Assembly: GCA_964016885.1 (NCBI GenBank)
Contig: OZ024743.1
Coordinates: 244,900,001-244,964,000, forward strand
Direction of reading: 5' to 3'
From: Eledone cirrhosa
Lineage: Eukaryota
Length of the DNA stretch: 64,000 nt
The position numbers and the translations under genes are program-made. Of this stretch, positions 38,170-50,989 are shown one piece after another (the stretch's first letter is position 1; each line of letters begins with the position of its first letter). The notes beneath the pieces were generated by a model, which saw only the letters and a list, made by a program, of their open reading frames with translations, was not told where the DNA came from and did no database searches.

Positions 38170-38690
38170 CCCTCAAGATCGCTAAAAATGCTAGGCCTCA
38201 CAATCACTGAGGATATCTCATGGCAAATGCATATCCTTAACGTTACTAATACCGCGCTTCTCTTGGGAGTCAGAAAATACTTCAACTGCCTGCACTCCTC
38301 TATAAAGCTCCAGTGAGCTATAATGAAGTACTTCCCGCATGTCTCGGACGGCGGTGCTGTTGTTATTCACACTTACATCTGAGACCGGATTCAGAGATAA
38401 TTAGTTCGGCTAATCGGCGAAAAGACACAATCCACGTTCTAGTCCAAAGATTCCATATATCTCATCTATCATCACTACGATAGTTAAAGCCCCTTTCTCT
38501 CAGACATAACTGATTCGTTCTTATTTTATCTATTCACTCCCCATGCTGTTTACAATTCCTTGGCCCCCACTATAATCCACACGTTAAGTCTTTCTTGCTT
38601 AGAATATCGACCCACCGGAACTCTCCACCTGGTCATGTTTTTCTAATGGGAATGGACTTGCAAACTGTTTCAACGGAACATTAACGGCAT
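38170..38690 (+). mobile_element. Heavily decayed CR1/Jockey-group LINE 3' fragment
   Basis: LKMLGLTITEDISWQMHI resembles the K.LG..(L/I)...LSW..HI post-RT motif. Confidence 0.55.
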
Positions 38691-39211
38691 CGATCTCTTC
38701 GGTTTCAGAGGACCTATGGAGACAATGTGGGCTGCCTACCAAATTTTTAAAAAAATACCCAGTGTGTCTATGGGATAAGACAACAATACTAGTCTTCTAC
38801 ATTTCCGGAATGCACTTTATTTTAAATTAGAAAGAGACTATTTCTACTAGAAAAAAAATATATATTATACCAACGAATTAGAGTAAATTACCTGAAGAAT
38901 ATATGAAATAGTCAAACAAATTCAGCCTGTTTTATTTTTACCAGATTTAAAATATTTGGCAACCAAGAGTTCTAACGTCAAAGTGGGAGGTGGGGGAGAT
39001 CCGAATCCAAATTCGAGTGTGACCTACAATTTCTAGAGGCATCTTTCTCATATAATTAACAAATGATATATATTTTCAAATATGAGGTGCCATAGTGAAA
39101 CTCCAGAGTAAGAAGACTCATCACTTAGCCATAATAAAGAATATTTACTCTACTTCGGTATTGAGTACTCATTCTCACGTCTGACAGCATCACATACACA
39201 CATATATATAT

Positions 39212-39265
<54 letters not shown>

Positions 39266-39331
39266 TAGGAAGCGGGTGCCTACTTAAAGCGGGCGCACTC
39301 ACTTAAAAAAACAACAACAAAACTACACAAC

Positions 39332-39376
<45 letters not shown>

Positions 39377-39537
39377 TTGCTTCGGTGTCGTGGGTGGGTC
39401 TTCCTGCCACAGTTTTCAATATGTCATGCCGTCTAACGAATGTTATTACTCTGAGATTCCTCATCGAGTGCTTGGTAGCACATTCCTCGTTGTATCTCGT
39501 TGGCTTGGCTACAGCCGAAGTTTCGATTTTACCAAAC

Positions 39538-39584
<47 letters not shown>

Positions 39585-39715
39585 GATAAATCTACCAAGA
39601 GTTTACGGTAGTGTCCAATCCGTATGAAGAACTCAATGTATTCCGGATATCATGGAAAGAAGAGATGCAATGAAAAATCACTTTCGGTGAAAGATAAACG
39701 GTATACAGAGTCAAG

Positions 39716-40128
39716 ATAAAATATTAAAAAAATAATGAATAAAACAATGAAACAGTTCCTTATATTAAACAAAAAAAAAAAAGTTCATTATTTAACGATC
39801 GTTTCTAGGATATATATGTGTTAGAATTGGCATGCATATTCAACAGATCTATGTACAAAATTATACAAAATTATACAAACTATCAAAATTAAATATACAT
39901 ACCAAACACATATATATGCCGTCTTCAGAAGACGGCATATATATGTGTTTGGTATGTATATTTAATCTTGATAGTTTGTATAATTTTGTACATAGATCTG
40001 TTGAATATGCATGCCAATTCTAACACATATATATCCTAGAAACGATCGTTAAATAATGAACTTTTTTTTTTTTGTTTAATATAAGGAACTGTTTCATTGT
40101 TTTATTCATTATTTTTTTAATATTTTAT
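39716..40128. repeat. Near-perfect ~410 bp palindrome centred on 39927, ending in (TA)n; long-stem-II hammerhead core on the minus strand
   Basis: Centre GCCGTCTTC-A-GAAGACGGC. Minus strand reads CTGAAGA-CGGCATATATATGTGTT...AACACATATATATCCTA-GAAAC-GATC-GTT. Confidence 0.93.
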
Positions 40129-40145
40129 ATATATATATATATATA

Positions 40146-41105
40146 AACTATAATAAAGCAAGGGCTACGGGACTGCGTACGGTTTATTTCTTTTAATCCA
40201 GTTAGTAAAATAAGTTGGATTACTTTGAATAAATAATGAATGAATATTACATAATTTATGTACTTCATTTCGTAAACAAATAATTTCGTAAAAATAAATA
40301 ATCTAAAATTGACTTCTTTTCAAAGTTGCATTTCCGGTATATCGTCCCCACCACCACCACCACTTCAACTACCATATATATAGAAAGAGAGAGTGTGTGA
40401 TGAGAGAGATAGAAAGATTATGATTTTCTACACACTGACGCGTATGAGTGTGCACATACATACATCTATATGTATGAGTATATAACTATTATGAGTATAT
40501 AACTATAAAAAAATTATATAACTATAAAAAACTTATAAAAATTCACACTCAAGGACATAATTCAAACATACATTCACACATACTTTCACACAAATATACA
40601 TACATTCACACATATACATTTACACAAACACACACATACAGTCATGAAAGCGTTCGGTTTAATTGGAAATGGGAGGGTAAAAAAGTATAACGTTTTATTT
40701 ATTTATTAGCTCTTTATTTATTTATTAACTTTTTTATTTAAAACTCATTTAATATACGTAAGTAATCAGTAACGTAATCCATGGTACATTAAAAAAAGAC
40801 GATATTATATATAAACTGCATGAGGAGAAAATTAGTGACAGAAATATATGAATATTTATTTAAACGATCGCTAACCGGAAGTGTTGACATTTGAACATTT
40901 TAAAGAAGTGAATCTTTAAATAAGTAATAAAATATATTTAATGAACAGCCACGAAATTTAGTAGATAACTTATGTAATATTCATTCATTATTTATTCAAA
41001 GTAGAATCAATTATTTATTCAAAGTAATCCAACTTATTTTACTAAGGAGATTAAAAATTATAAACCGTACGCAGTCCCGCACTTCTTACTTTATTATAGT
41101 TTAGA
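40146..41105. mobile_element. Two convergent Helitron 5' segments (40146-40275 +, ~40800-41105 -)
   Basis: The minus copy begins A|TCTAAACTATAATAAAG; both match the 5' part of 30195-30685. Confidence 0.65.
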
Positions 41106-42289
41106 TTAAGGACTGTTGTATGCCCATTGATTAGATATATATAAATGTAATAGCATATAAATTATGTCTGATGCAGACACACACATACACACACACACAT
41201 ATATATATATATATTTATATATATACACACACAAATACATACCACACCACACACAAATCGTCTTCCGAGGTTAGTGAAGCTATTATTAACCCTCCCCGGG
41301 TGAAGTAACTTGCAAATTCTTCGTAATTCTTGAAATGCAATTATACATCTAACGGACACACTCTCTAGAATAGATATATTTGTGTGTGTGTGTGTGTGTG
41401 TGAGAGAGGTAGATAGACAGGTAGGTTGGCTGGTAGATAGATAGGTCGATAGATCGATACATAGATATACAGGTAGGTAGATAGAAAGATAGACGATAGT
41501 GTGGTTATCTGTATATGTGGCTGTATATGTATGTGATGATCTGGAAATAAGGAAAGGATAATTTACTACAGTACCAATGATTCAATCCACAGGTGTATAT
41601 TCTTTTTACCATTGCATATGTACATAGACTCACTCACACACACATATATATATATATATATATGTGTGGTGTGTTTATGAGTGTGTATATGTGTGTATCT
41701 GTGTGTGTGTATAAGTGTTTATGTGTATATATATATGTATATGTGTGTGTGTATCTGTTTGCTTATGTGTGTTTGTGCATATGTGTGTGCGTTTATGTCC
41801 GTGTGTGTGTCTCATGATTGGAATGTTGAGAGTTCGAATCCCATCAGTGCGTTGTGTTCTTGAGCAAGACACTTTATTTCGCCTTTCTTCTCTCCACTGA
41901 AGTAAAAAAAGTGTACTCTGCCAGTAAGTGGAAGAACCAATGTAGTCCCACCCTGAAACCCTCCGTTATATGTGTCTATGGAATGCTCAGGCACTCTTGC
42001 CTTAATTTCAGGCAGTTCAATTTGAGAAACTTAGCTGGAAGAATCCTCATCGCAAGCGATAGGGTACCATCATACATATGAACACATAGACAAACACACA
42101 CACGTTTCAAAGAGAATAGAAGAGATCAATAAAATAAGTACTAGATTTTAAAATATATATACTGGAATTGAGGTGAAGAAAATCCTTTAATTGTGGTACC
42201 CCAGCATGGGCACAGTCTAACGTCTGAAACAAGTGCAGGCCGGAGAATTGTTCTTCCTCCTTCATTCTATGGTTCCCCTCGCTTCTACA

Positions 42290-45200
42290 GTGAGTGCTTT
42301 CAGAATTCGATGACTGTGGTTTGACACATGGGAAAGTCATCTTATTTCATCACAGTAACAACTAACCCTAGCTGGGATGAAATAAAAAATAGTTTGCACC
42401 CTGGTGAAGAACCTAGAGACCGTCCTGATATTTGTGCAAGAGTCTTCAAGATCAAGTATGACAGCCTCATGGATGACATATTGAAAAGAAATGTCCTAGG
42501 AAAAGTTGTGTCTCATTCTGCTACAATAGTGACAGAAACGAGGCCTCACTCATGCTCATATTCTGCTGATAATGGCTGAAGATAGCAAGCCCAAAACTGC
42601 TGATGCCATTGATCAGGTAGTGTACTGTGAGATTCCTGATAAAGAGACCAATCCAATTCTGCATAAGATCATCACATCCTGCAACATTCATGGCCCATGA
42701 GGGCAAGCTAATATGATGTGCTCACGTATGGAAGGGCTAGGACAACAACGCCATTGCTCAAAAAGTTATCCCAAGGCATTCAGACAAACCACATTTGTTG
42801 CCGAAAATTTCTTTCCGGAGTATAGAAGGGATAGACAGCATGGTGGTCACACCCATACAATCCAACTTAAAGGTCAAGAATTTACTGTTGATAATCGTTG
42901 GATTGTTCCATACAACCCTTTCCTCTCATTGAGATATCAGTGCCACATCAATTGTGAGGTTGTCCACAGTGTCAAGGCTGTTAAGTACTTATATAAGTAC
43001 ATCACAAAAGGATCAGACAAGATCACTTTCACTATTAAGGATGATCAAGGAAATTGTGCCCATGCCCAAGATGAGATTGAGACCTATATCAATGCAAGGT
43101 ACATCTCAGCCAGTGAAGCATTCTGGAGAATCTATAAATTTCCATTACATCATCGAAAACCGCCAGTTGAAAAGTTGCCTTGCCATTTACCTGGGGAACA
43201 AATGGGGTCGTGTATGAGCAAGGGCAGGAAGAAAGTGTTGTTTCTAGGGGACAGCCAATGACTAAGTTAACGGGATATTTTCAACTGAATATTAGAGACC
43301 CACTGGCACAAAACATATTGTAAATTGATATTCCTAAATATTTCACTAGGACAAACAAAAAGTGGCAAAGAAGAAAAAAGGGACATTTAGATGATGATCA
43401 ACAATTTATGAGTGAATCTCTTGGACGCATTCCAACAGTATCTCTCAGTATACATCAATCTGAATAGGATCCTACATCACAAGGCTAGCTAGGTCAACTT
43501 CATACAAAGATTTGAGGACAATTGAAGGAGTTGAATTTCCAACATTCCAAGAAGCATGCAGGAAACTTGGTCTGTTAGATGAAGATGGAGAAAAAGACTA
43601 TGGAAGAGGCCTCAATCCATTACGCTTGGTCCTCAGCTGCGAGAGATCTTCTGCACCATTTTATTGTACAGCATGCCAAATGACCCTCTGCAGTTCTGGG
43701 AGAAATGGAAGAATTGTCTTGCAGAGGATATCATGCATGAATGTCATGAGCTAGTCATGTCCATGCAAACCGTGCAGATTGTTCTACAGAAGATCCAACA
43801 GGGTTCTTATGGCAGAAACTGATTTCAATACACACCAACTGCAAGCAAACATAAATGAACTTCTGCCAACATTGAATCCTGAGCAACTGGTTATTTTTCA
43901 CAAAGTAATCACCTCTGTAAATGAAAATGAAGGCAAGTGCAGGTACAGGAAAGACCTATGTCATAAACATTCTATTGGATTACCTTCGATCTAAAAAAAA
44001 AATTGCACTTGCCACTGCCATATCTGGAATAACAGCCACTTTGCTTCATAAAGGTAGAACTCTTCATTCCAAGTGCAAGATTCCCCTCAATGTGACTGCT
44101 GAATCAACTTGCTTCTTCACAAAGAGGGATGACACAGGTAAACTTATGCAGCAAACTGACCTGCTAATCATTGATGAGATAGGTATGGACATAAGCATAT
44201 CTTTGAATGCCTTGGCAGGAACTTCAAAGATGTTCGAGATTGCAAAAAGCAATCTCGAACATCTTTGGTGGTCTAACAGTATTACTATCTGGTGACTGGA
44301 AGCAAATTCTTCCAGTTGTACGTTATGGTGCTAGACCACAAATAGTTGAGGCAACCATCAAGAGATCCTATCTCTGGGACTATGTGGAAACCATAGAGAT
44401 GACAACCAATCAACGGTTAATTAATGCAGAGGATTCTGATGAAAGACAGTTTGCAAACTACCTTCGTGATGTGGGAAATGGTAACATTCCAACTGTTCCA
44501 ACTGTAGGTGCATTCACAATTCTTCTGCCAAATGAACTTTATCTGGAATATGGTAATGTGTCTGGACTGTGTGATTTTGTGCATACAAATCTTCCAAAAA
44601 ACTATACAAATCCACTATGGCTTGCAAATAGAGCCATTATCACTCCAACAAATGATGCAGTAAGATTGGTGAATGAGTTCATGGTCAACAAGTTCCCTGG
44701 TCATGAAATAATCTACAGAAGCTCTGATACAGTAGATAATTGTTTCTAGTTTAGGCACAAGGCCAGCAATTACCCAGTACATTACTGGTACTTTATTTTA
44801 TCGACCCCGTAAGGATGAAAGGCAAAGTTAACCTCGGCGGGATTTGAACTCAGACCGTAAAGGGACGTAACTATGCTGGAAAGCATGGCGTCTGACTCTC
44901 TACCGATACTGCCAATCCACCGCCCTATAATAGATAATGAACTGCAATATCTAATTGAGTTCATCAACAAACTTACCCCATCAGGCTTCCCAACACACAT
45001 ACTTAAACTGAAGAAAGGCAGTTGCATCATGCTTCTGAGAAATCTGGATCCTCTAAACGGGCATTGCAATGGTACACGCTACATCATCATAGTTTACATA
45101 ATCATGTAATTGAAGCTGAAGTGGCATTGGGTCCCAATGCTGGAACAAGGTTGCTAATCCCAAGGATACCACATGTATCTCAAGAAATGTCCTGTCAAAC

Positions 45201-45395
45201 CAGCCTTTACCCTTACATGCAACAAGGCACACAGGCAGACATTTGAAAAGATATGTGTATATCTACCAACACAATTCTTCTCACATGGTCAGATGTATGT
45301 TACATTATCACGAGTTACAAAAAAAGAAATATAAAAATATTAAATGAAAGGGGTCTGTTTGCTGACAACTGTGTCTACAAAGAAATTCTACAGTG
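42290..45395 (+). pseudogene. Helitron RepHel (HUH Rep plus PIF1 helicase), multiply disrupted
   Basis: FITVTTNPSW (motif 1), QKRGLTHAHIL (HUH), KYLYKYITKG (Y2), DNRWIVPYNP, ARYISASEA, AGTGKT (Walker A), LIIDEI, GDWKQILPV, LLRNLD..GHCNGTR, FSHGQMYVTLSRV. Confidence 0.95.
44735..44926 (-). mobile_element. Full-length family A SINE inserted into the Helitron helicase
   Basis: Same sequence as 30722-30913; TAGATAAT duplicated at both junctions; helicase homology resumes afterwards. Confidence 0.92.
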
Positions 45396-45794
45396 ATGTG
45401 AAACAGCTATCACTCTCTTTTAGTTGAAATGCATTTCAGTTCTTTTTAACTGCTAGAAAAGCGACGCTACAAAAACTTAAGAAGTCTATATGTGAATACA
45501 GTAAAACAACAAAATAGCGAAAGTCAACTCTTCATATTGGTAAATGTAATTCATTCATACCAGCAGCATCTATTTTCAAATTCACAGCTTGAAGCTTCCC
45601 ATCGACATTCTCAAGTGAAGATTCATGAACATTTTCCGTCAACAGTTTCATCACTTTTCCATCTCCATTATCGCCTTTTTTTAAAAATGTATCATGGATT
45701 ACTTTACCGATTACAGAAGTAAATGTAACACAGTCTTTGTTCAGTTTATGTGTATATTGTCAATTTACGTATTATATGTGCATACTATATATGC

Positions 45795-45831
45795 TAGCAG
45801 TAATACCGCCCAAGGGGCGGTTCTTCTGCTA
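45795..45831 (+). other. Probable Helitron 3' terminal hairpin
   Basis: AGCAGTAATACCGCCC-AAG-GGGCGGTTCTTCTGCTA lies downstream of RepHel; the terminal CTAG is degenerate. Confidence 0.6.
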
Positions 45832-45839
45832 AAATATAT

Positions 45840-46005
45840 AACGAAGGAAGTGTGGTAAGGAACCAGAGTACTCAATACTTTGGGTAGTAGAGTGGGTAAT
45901 AGGAAAATGTTCCAGACACCGACGGCACAGCTCAAGCCGTCTCAACGGCTATTTCAGAAATAGCCGTCAAAACGGCCTGAGTTCTGCCGTCGGGGTCTTG
46001 AACAT

Positions 46006-46009
<4 letters not shown>
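45840..46009. repeat. (TA)n-flanked fold-back element related to 28391-28553
   Basis: Palindrome centred on GGCTATTTC-A-GAAATAGCC; terminal (TA)nACGAAGG. Confidence 0.75.
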
Positions 46010-46070
<61 letters not shown>

Positions 46071-46112
46071 CATACATACATATACATACATATTTATATA
46101 TATATATATATA

Positions 46113-46277
46113 TTTATTAAAATAACAGATTAAAGTTTAAGCAAGGAATCGCTACTTTCACCCTTATAATCTGTTATTTTAATAAATATTTGCTCTACGG
46201 TTCTTATATATTTGATATATATTTATCCTTATCGAGCCCTCTTTGGATTTTAGTCTTCAAATTTATTATTATTACTA
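46113..46277. repeat. Fold-back mini-copy of the Penelope 3' terminus between (TA)n tracts
   Basis: TTTATTAAAATAACAG...CACCCTTA matches 46629-46682, joined to TAATCTGTT...TTATTACT, the reverse complement of 46539-46648. Confidence 0.85.
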
Positions 46278-46293
46278 TATATATATATATATA

Positions 46294-46484
46294 AACATTT
46301 TTTCCGATTCCACCCGCCCGTCCCTTTCAATGTTTCTAATTTCTCATTCATTGTTCTGGTGAAGGACTAGCGTCCGAAACGTTAAAATCCTCTTCCTGCT
46401 ATTTCAAGCGTTAACCTAATATATTCCTTCCATATACTGTACCGATTGTGCAGTTATTTCTGTTTACCTTTTACACACACACAC

Positions 46485-46485
<1 letters not shown>
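46294..46485 (+). mobile_element. (CA)n-tailed minimal-hammerhead element (core CUGGUGA)
   Basis: TT-CTGGTGA-AGGAC-TAGC-GTCC-GAAAC-GTT-AAAA at 46354-46387. Confidence 0.72.
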
Positions 46486-46542
<57 letters not shown>

Positions 46543-46649
46543 ATAATAATAAATTTGAAGACTAAAATCCAAAGAGGGCTCGATAAGGATAAATATATAT
46601 CAGATATATAAGAACCGTAGAGCAAATATTTATTAAAATAACAGATTAA

Positions 46650-46700
46650 AGTTTAAGCAAAGAATCGTTGCTTTCACCCTTAACGGGATCTTCTGAAACT
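46650..46700 (-). ncRNA. Penelope terminal hammerhead, core variant CAGAAGA
   Basis: Minus strand reads AGTTT-CAGAAGA-TCCC-GTTAA-GGGT-GAAA-GCAA-CGATTCT-TTGC-TT-AAACT. Stems I-III pair; CUU triplet; U4 replaced by A. Confidence 0.68.
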
Positions 46701-47639
46701 AACAAAGTCAATCTGTAAACGCAGAAGTGGATATTTCAAAAAACGTTGCAACCGGAGGAAGACAGGAAGACGATACTTTGGTTCGTGGAAACGTTCCCTG
46801 GCAAAGAACGGGAAAAAACGAATATAATACGTCATTAATAGGAGCGGTGAAAAACAATTACGCGCAAAGACAGAACCACGTTTATGGTATAAAAGAGGTC
46901 GTAGACTAATGTTCTCTTAGGTGGTGCATAGAGATGTTCTCTGGCAATGAACGAAAAAAACGAAGATAATACGTCATATGTGGAGCGTGGAGAATAATTG
47001 CACGCAAAGACAAAACCACGTAAATGGTATAGCAGAAGTCGTAGACTAAAATTCTAACTAGGAGACCGAATGAATCTCCGCTTCAGAGTTAAGAACAAAA
47101 TAAATAAATACAATACAGAGGTAATAGAAATTAAATAAATACATACACGCATACAAATACGTACATACACAAGCATTCGCGAAAACACTTACCATAGGTA
47201 TACAAAACCACGCACATATAAATATGTGTGTGCGTGTATGTGTGTATACAAATAAATAAATAATTAAATAAACGAATATAAATAAATAAATACGTATATA
47301 ACAAGCGCACACACATGCCTACATGTAAATACACAAATGTTCGGAAACGTAAGTCAACCAAAACATGAAGTACACATATACACACACCCTACATACGTAC
47401 GAACCTGCATACTCACACAGACGCAAAACACCCGTATACACATAACCAAACCATATGTATCAGAAAATATAAAATTATACGCCATAACATATACAATCAA
47501 ATATATGTACGAGAAGGTATACGTACCTTCACAAAACATACAGGTAATATATACTTACCTATGCAAATAAGTAATGGTATAAACAAAACATATACTTAGC
47601 TACCACATCAAGACGCAAAATATCCACGTATAGATCGTA

Positions 47640-48706
47640 CTATCCGTTAGGGTATAACGTGGGGCTGTAATACAGGAAAGTTTTGTGCAATTTATGTTTA
47701 CAAGCCGAAATTGCCTCAGATTTTTTGTTTAAGATGTGGTCTGTGGCGTAGAGTATTTCCAGGGCCTCAGCGGCGCAGAGGTCACATGGTCTTTTATTTC
47801 CGTTATACGATCTAGCCCTAGCCAGGATCTCCCAGTATAACTTATATTGGGTGTTGTTGTCTTTTAGACTCCAGATATAAGCTGAAAGTGACGTCATATT
47901 CCTTCTTAGAGGGTAACGAAAAGAATGGGTATGCATGTAAAGACGCTGCTTGAATCTATTGGCGGTTAACCCTATGAAGGCCCTACGGGACGTGGGTGTT
48001 TCAACCTTACATTTGTAGACTATGTTACTAGAAAGGCATTTCCCGGATAGGATGCAATCAACCCGATTCCTACAATTACAGTTAGTACTAACTACAGGGT
48101 TGCACGTGTTCCTACGGCTAGGTAGTTTAGCTAAATTTGAAGCTGTGATGTTATGTGCAAGGTTAGGAGTCGTAGAGTAAGAAATTTTAATAGTATTTCT
48201 ATTAAAAATTTTACTATATTTATGTGTAGGGGGAAAATGCTTCGTAATAAGGGAAAGAAAGATCTTAGCTAATGGTGTGGCCACCTCCATATTATATGGT
48301 GGGTTATACCAACAAATGCGAAGGCATCTATTTCTTCTAGGTCTATTTTCGTACTCTGTATATGCTACCTTATCGACAAATCCACTCCGCGCAAGAGCTT
48401 GATTGTAATAAGTGGAATGGTCGTTGAAAATATGCTCGTTAGTAGAAAGACGGGAAAGCCTCAACGAAACATTTCTTACCAGGTTCTTGGTTATGCTGGC
48501 AGGATGGTTGGAATGCTTACTTATGTAATTAAGCGTATCATTCGGCTTTCTATACGGGTAATACAACCCATTCAATAAATTGAGGGTAACGTCGAGGTAA
48601 TTAACGACCGAGAGATTGGCCTCAACCTGTATAGAGAGGTTGAATCCATTAAAGAAGGCTGTGAGTTCTTTTCTGAACCTGTCGCAAGCACGGGGTCCGC
48701 ACTTAG

Positions 48707-48709
<3 letters not shown>
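47640..48709 (-). CDS. Penelope-like RT thumb/linker plus GIY-YIG endonuclease (open but 5'-truncated)
   Basis: VNYLDVTLNL...YRKPND..YI...SNHP; WYNPPY; CNCR....CIL.GKC..NIVYKC...FIGLT...FKQRL..H...CDLC..E. The listed ORF's N-terminus is (TA)n read-through. Confidence 0.9.
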
Positions 48710-48766
<57 letters not shown>

Positions 48767-48800
48767 ACCGAATTCTGCAAAGATTATTTTGTTTATCCAA

Positions 48801-48920
48801 AATCTCTGAAGAAGTGACAACTGATTATACATTTGCTATCGAATACTTGCTAACATTATATGATTACGCAAGCAGCGATACATAGGTATTCGGTCTGTTA
48901 CAGAAACATATGTCAATACC
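48801..48920 (+). ncRNA. Hammerhead-like motif with long stem II inside a ~205 bp (TA)n-flanked insert (48765-48971)
   Basis: CTGAAGA at 48806; stem II GTGACA/TGTTAC with internal CGAATACTT/AGGTATTCG; GAAAC-ATAT-GTC. Stem I pairs poorly. Confidence 0.58.
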
Positions 48921-48968
48921 TAATAAATTCCTTTTATAACAAAAGCACTTTCATTTTATATTCATCCT

Positions 48969-49069
<101 letters not shown>

Positions 49070-49532
49070 AGATGGCTGCAACTCAATTTCGAGTAAAGCC
49101 ATCGCTTGATATTTCAGCATGAGCATCACATACGTAACCTTTTAGTCCAGCTAGGGACTTGCCTATGACCAGCAATACCATACATCGCAAAAAATGTCAC
49201 ATATCAAGCGATGCCTGTGCTTGAAGCTTTTTTAAGTGAAGAAAGGCTTTGCAGGGGCCAATCCTACTCTCTGAACATCAAATGCATTTATTCACAAAGA
49301 AAAACTTGACTACATCATTGGATGCAAACGATGTCGCAGGTTTTATATCAGAGTGACCTTCTCCTGGAGTGATGTTCTAATAAAGACTAGGAGTCTCTCG
49401 CTCCACTGGGTAACATGTAACCCAGTACAACCTGTGCATGGACGGTTCGTCGGCGAATAAACCGGCAACCCCACCAAGCTTGCTTGCTTGGTGAAGAGGG
49501 TGATTTGGGACACCCTGCAGGAGGAAAAACAA
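49070..49532. mobile_element. Diverged RTE-derived element with an orientation switch near 49405
   Basis: GCGATGCCTGTG block in one orientation; AACATGTAACCCAGTACAACCTG...CCCCACCAAGCTTG in the other. Confidence 0.65.
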
Positions 49533-50989
49533 TATGGCTATCTCTGGAGTAGTGGGGGGGGGGGGGGTGCTAGCTACAAAGATTGTAGCAGTGAATACGT
49601 TCTCGTTTTATTAAATTCGAAAATGGATAAAGAGAAAATAGATTAACAGAAAACGGCAATGAAACAGACAGATGCAGCTATAAACTCAGATTTTCACAAT
49701 TTGATAAGCAAAAGTACAAACTTATGCAACAATAATAAAAGCAGCACCACTACCACCACCACCACCACCATCACCACCATCAACAGCTCATCTGTTGTAA
49801 ATCTTGTAAGTCAAAAGGAAATATTAGATAACAGTCAAATCCAAAGAAGAGTGGAAGAGATATATTACAAAAGAGAGCATCTCCTTACCCGAAGAATTTA
49901 TCCCGGGAAAAAGAAAGGTAACAAAACTCCGTTTTTTTTAAATGAAGAGTGAGCCTTAATATGCCTTCGAAAAAGCAGTTAGAGGAATCCCTGACTGATG
50001 TGTGACAAGATGTTTACTCCATCAACCGGGGTAGGGCATATTGAAACGTGTGATGATATTGTAAAGAGACCGGCAGAGCTAGTGTTCCACACACCTGCCA
50101 AAGACTGCAGTTGCAGTGTGTGTAGAAAGAGGTACGAGGGTTACAACCACCGATTGGAAGTGATGGCTTGCCATTTTTGCTGCACAATACGGGCAGGTGG
50201 TTCAAGTGAAGGTAACCTGGAACAATATAATATTGCATGGACTTTGTATGAACACCAGGATTCTAATGATCACCGAAGATCACAAGACTATCCTCAGCTG
50301 TACTCCATTGAGAGAACACAGAGAATATCGAGCTTACTGGTTGTGTAGCACAGAAAGCTCAGTTACTACGTGGTAGTAATGGCCATTTGAGAGATGCCTC
50401 TCCAAAATAAGTGGAAAAAGAAAAAAAGATACAAATAGCAGCAGAGAGGTGCAGCATAATAACAATAGTAGGCCCCAAAGTGGAATATCGTGGAGATTTC
50501 TATGGCTTGTTTCAAGATCACTATTAGTCACAGTTCCGGAAATAGACAATGCGGAAGCAAATGAAATCGCTTCGTCCTCAGCTCTACCATTACTAGGAGC
50601 TAACGACTACCGAGAAACCAAGGAACCTCTTCTTGCTTGAGCCTATGAGTAGCAGTACTACACGTTATTTTATGACGATTGGGAGAATGATAGAGGCTGA
50701 AGAATAGAAGAATCTGTTGGGTACACCAAGAAAAGAATAAGGTCGAAAAAGAGTGGCAAAAAGGTCGGCAAGAAGCTGTATACATTCTTCACGAAGAGGT
50801 GGTAGAGTACGTGGGCCTTACGGTTGCCCAAGTCAATAACGAAACTCTGATGAAAATGCTGAATAATGAGAAGGAAGGGAATACTGTGCATGCATTATAC
50901 AGTTTCTGTCATCAATACCTAGCATTCTACCATTTCCGAATGTTGATGGTGTTAAACGATTGCTTACAGACCTATAATTCAAGGATACC

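Larger units (their letters stand above)
46539..48709 (-). mobile_element. 5'-truncated Penelope-like retroelement inserted in (TA)n
   Basis: RT C-terminal plus GIY-YIG ORF, ~1.1 kb 3' region with a ~140 bp tandem duplication (46793-46915 / 46936-47054) and a terminal hammerhead; both ends abut (TA)n. Confidence 0.92.

Noticed and set aside
38887-38918. CTGAAGA-ATATAT-GAAA-TAGTC hammerhead-like string
   Set aside because: No credible stem I or stem III pairing; likely chance.
43900-45395. Host PIF1 helicase gene
   Set aside because: Fused downstream of HUH Rep motifs, intronless, full of stops and frameshifts, and followed by a Helitron-type hairpin.
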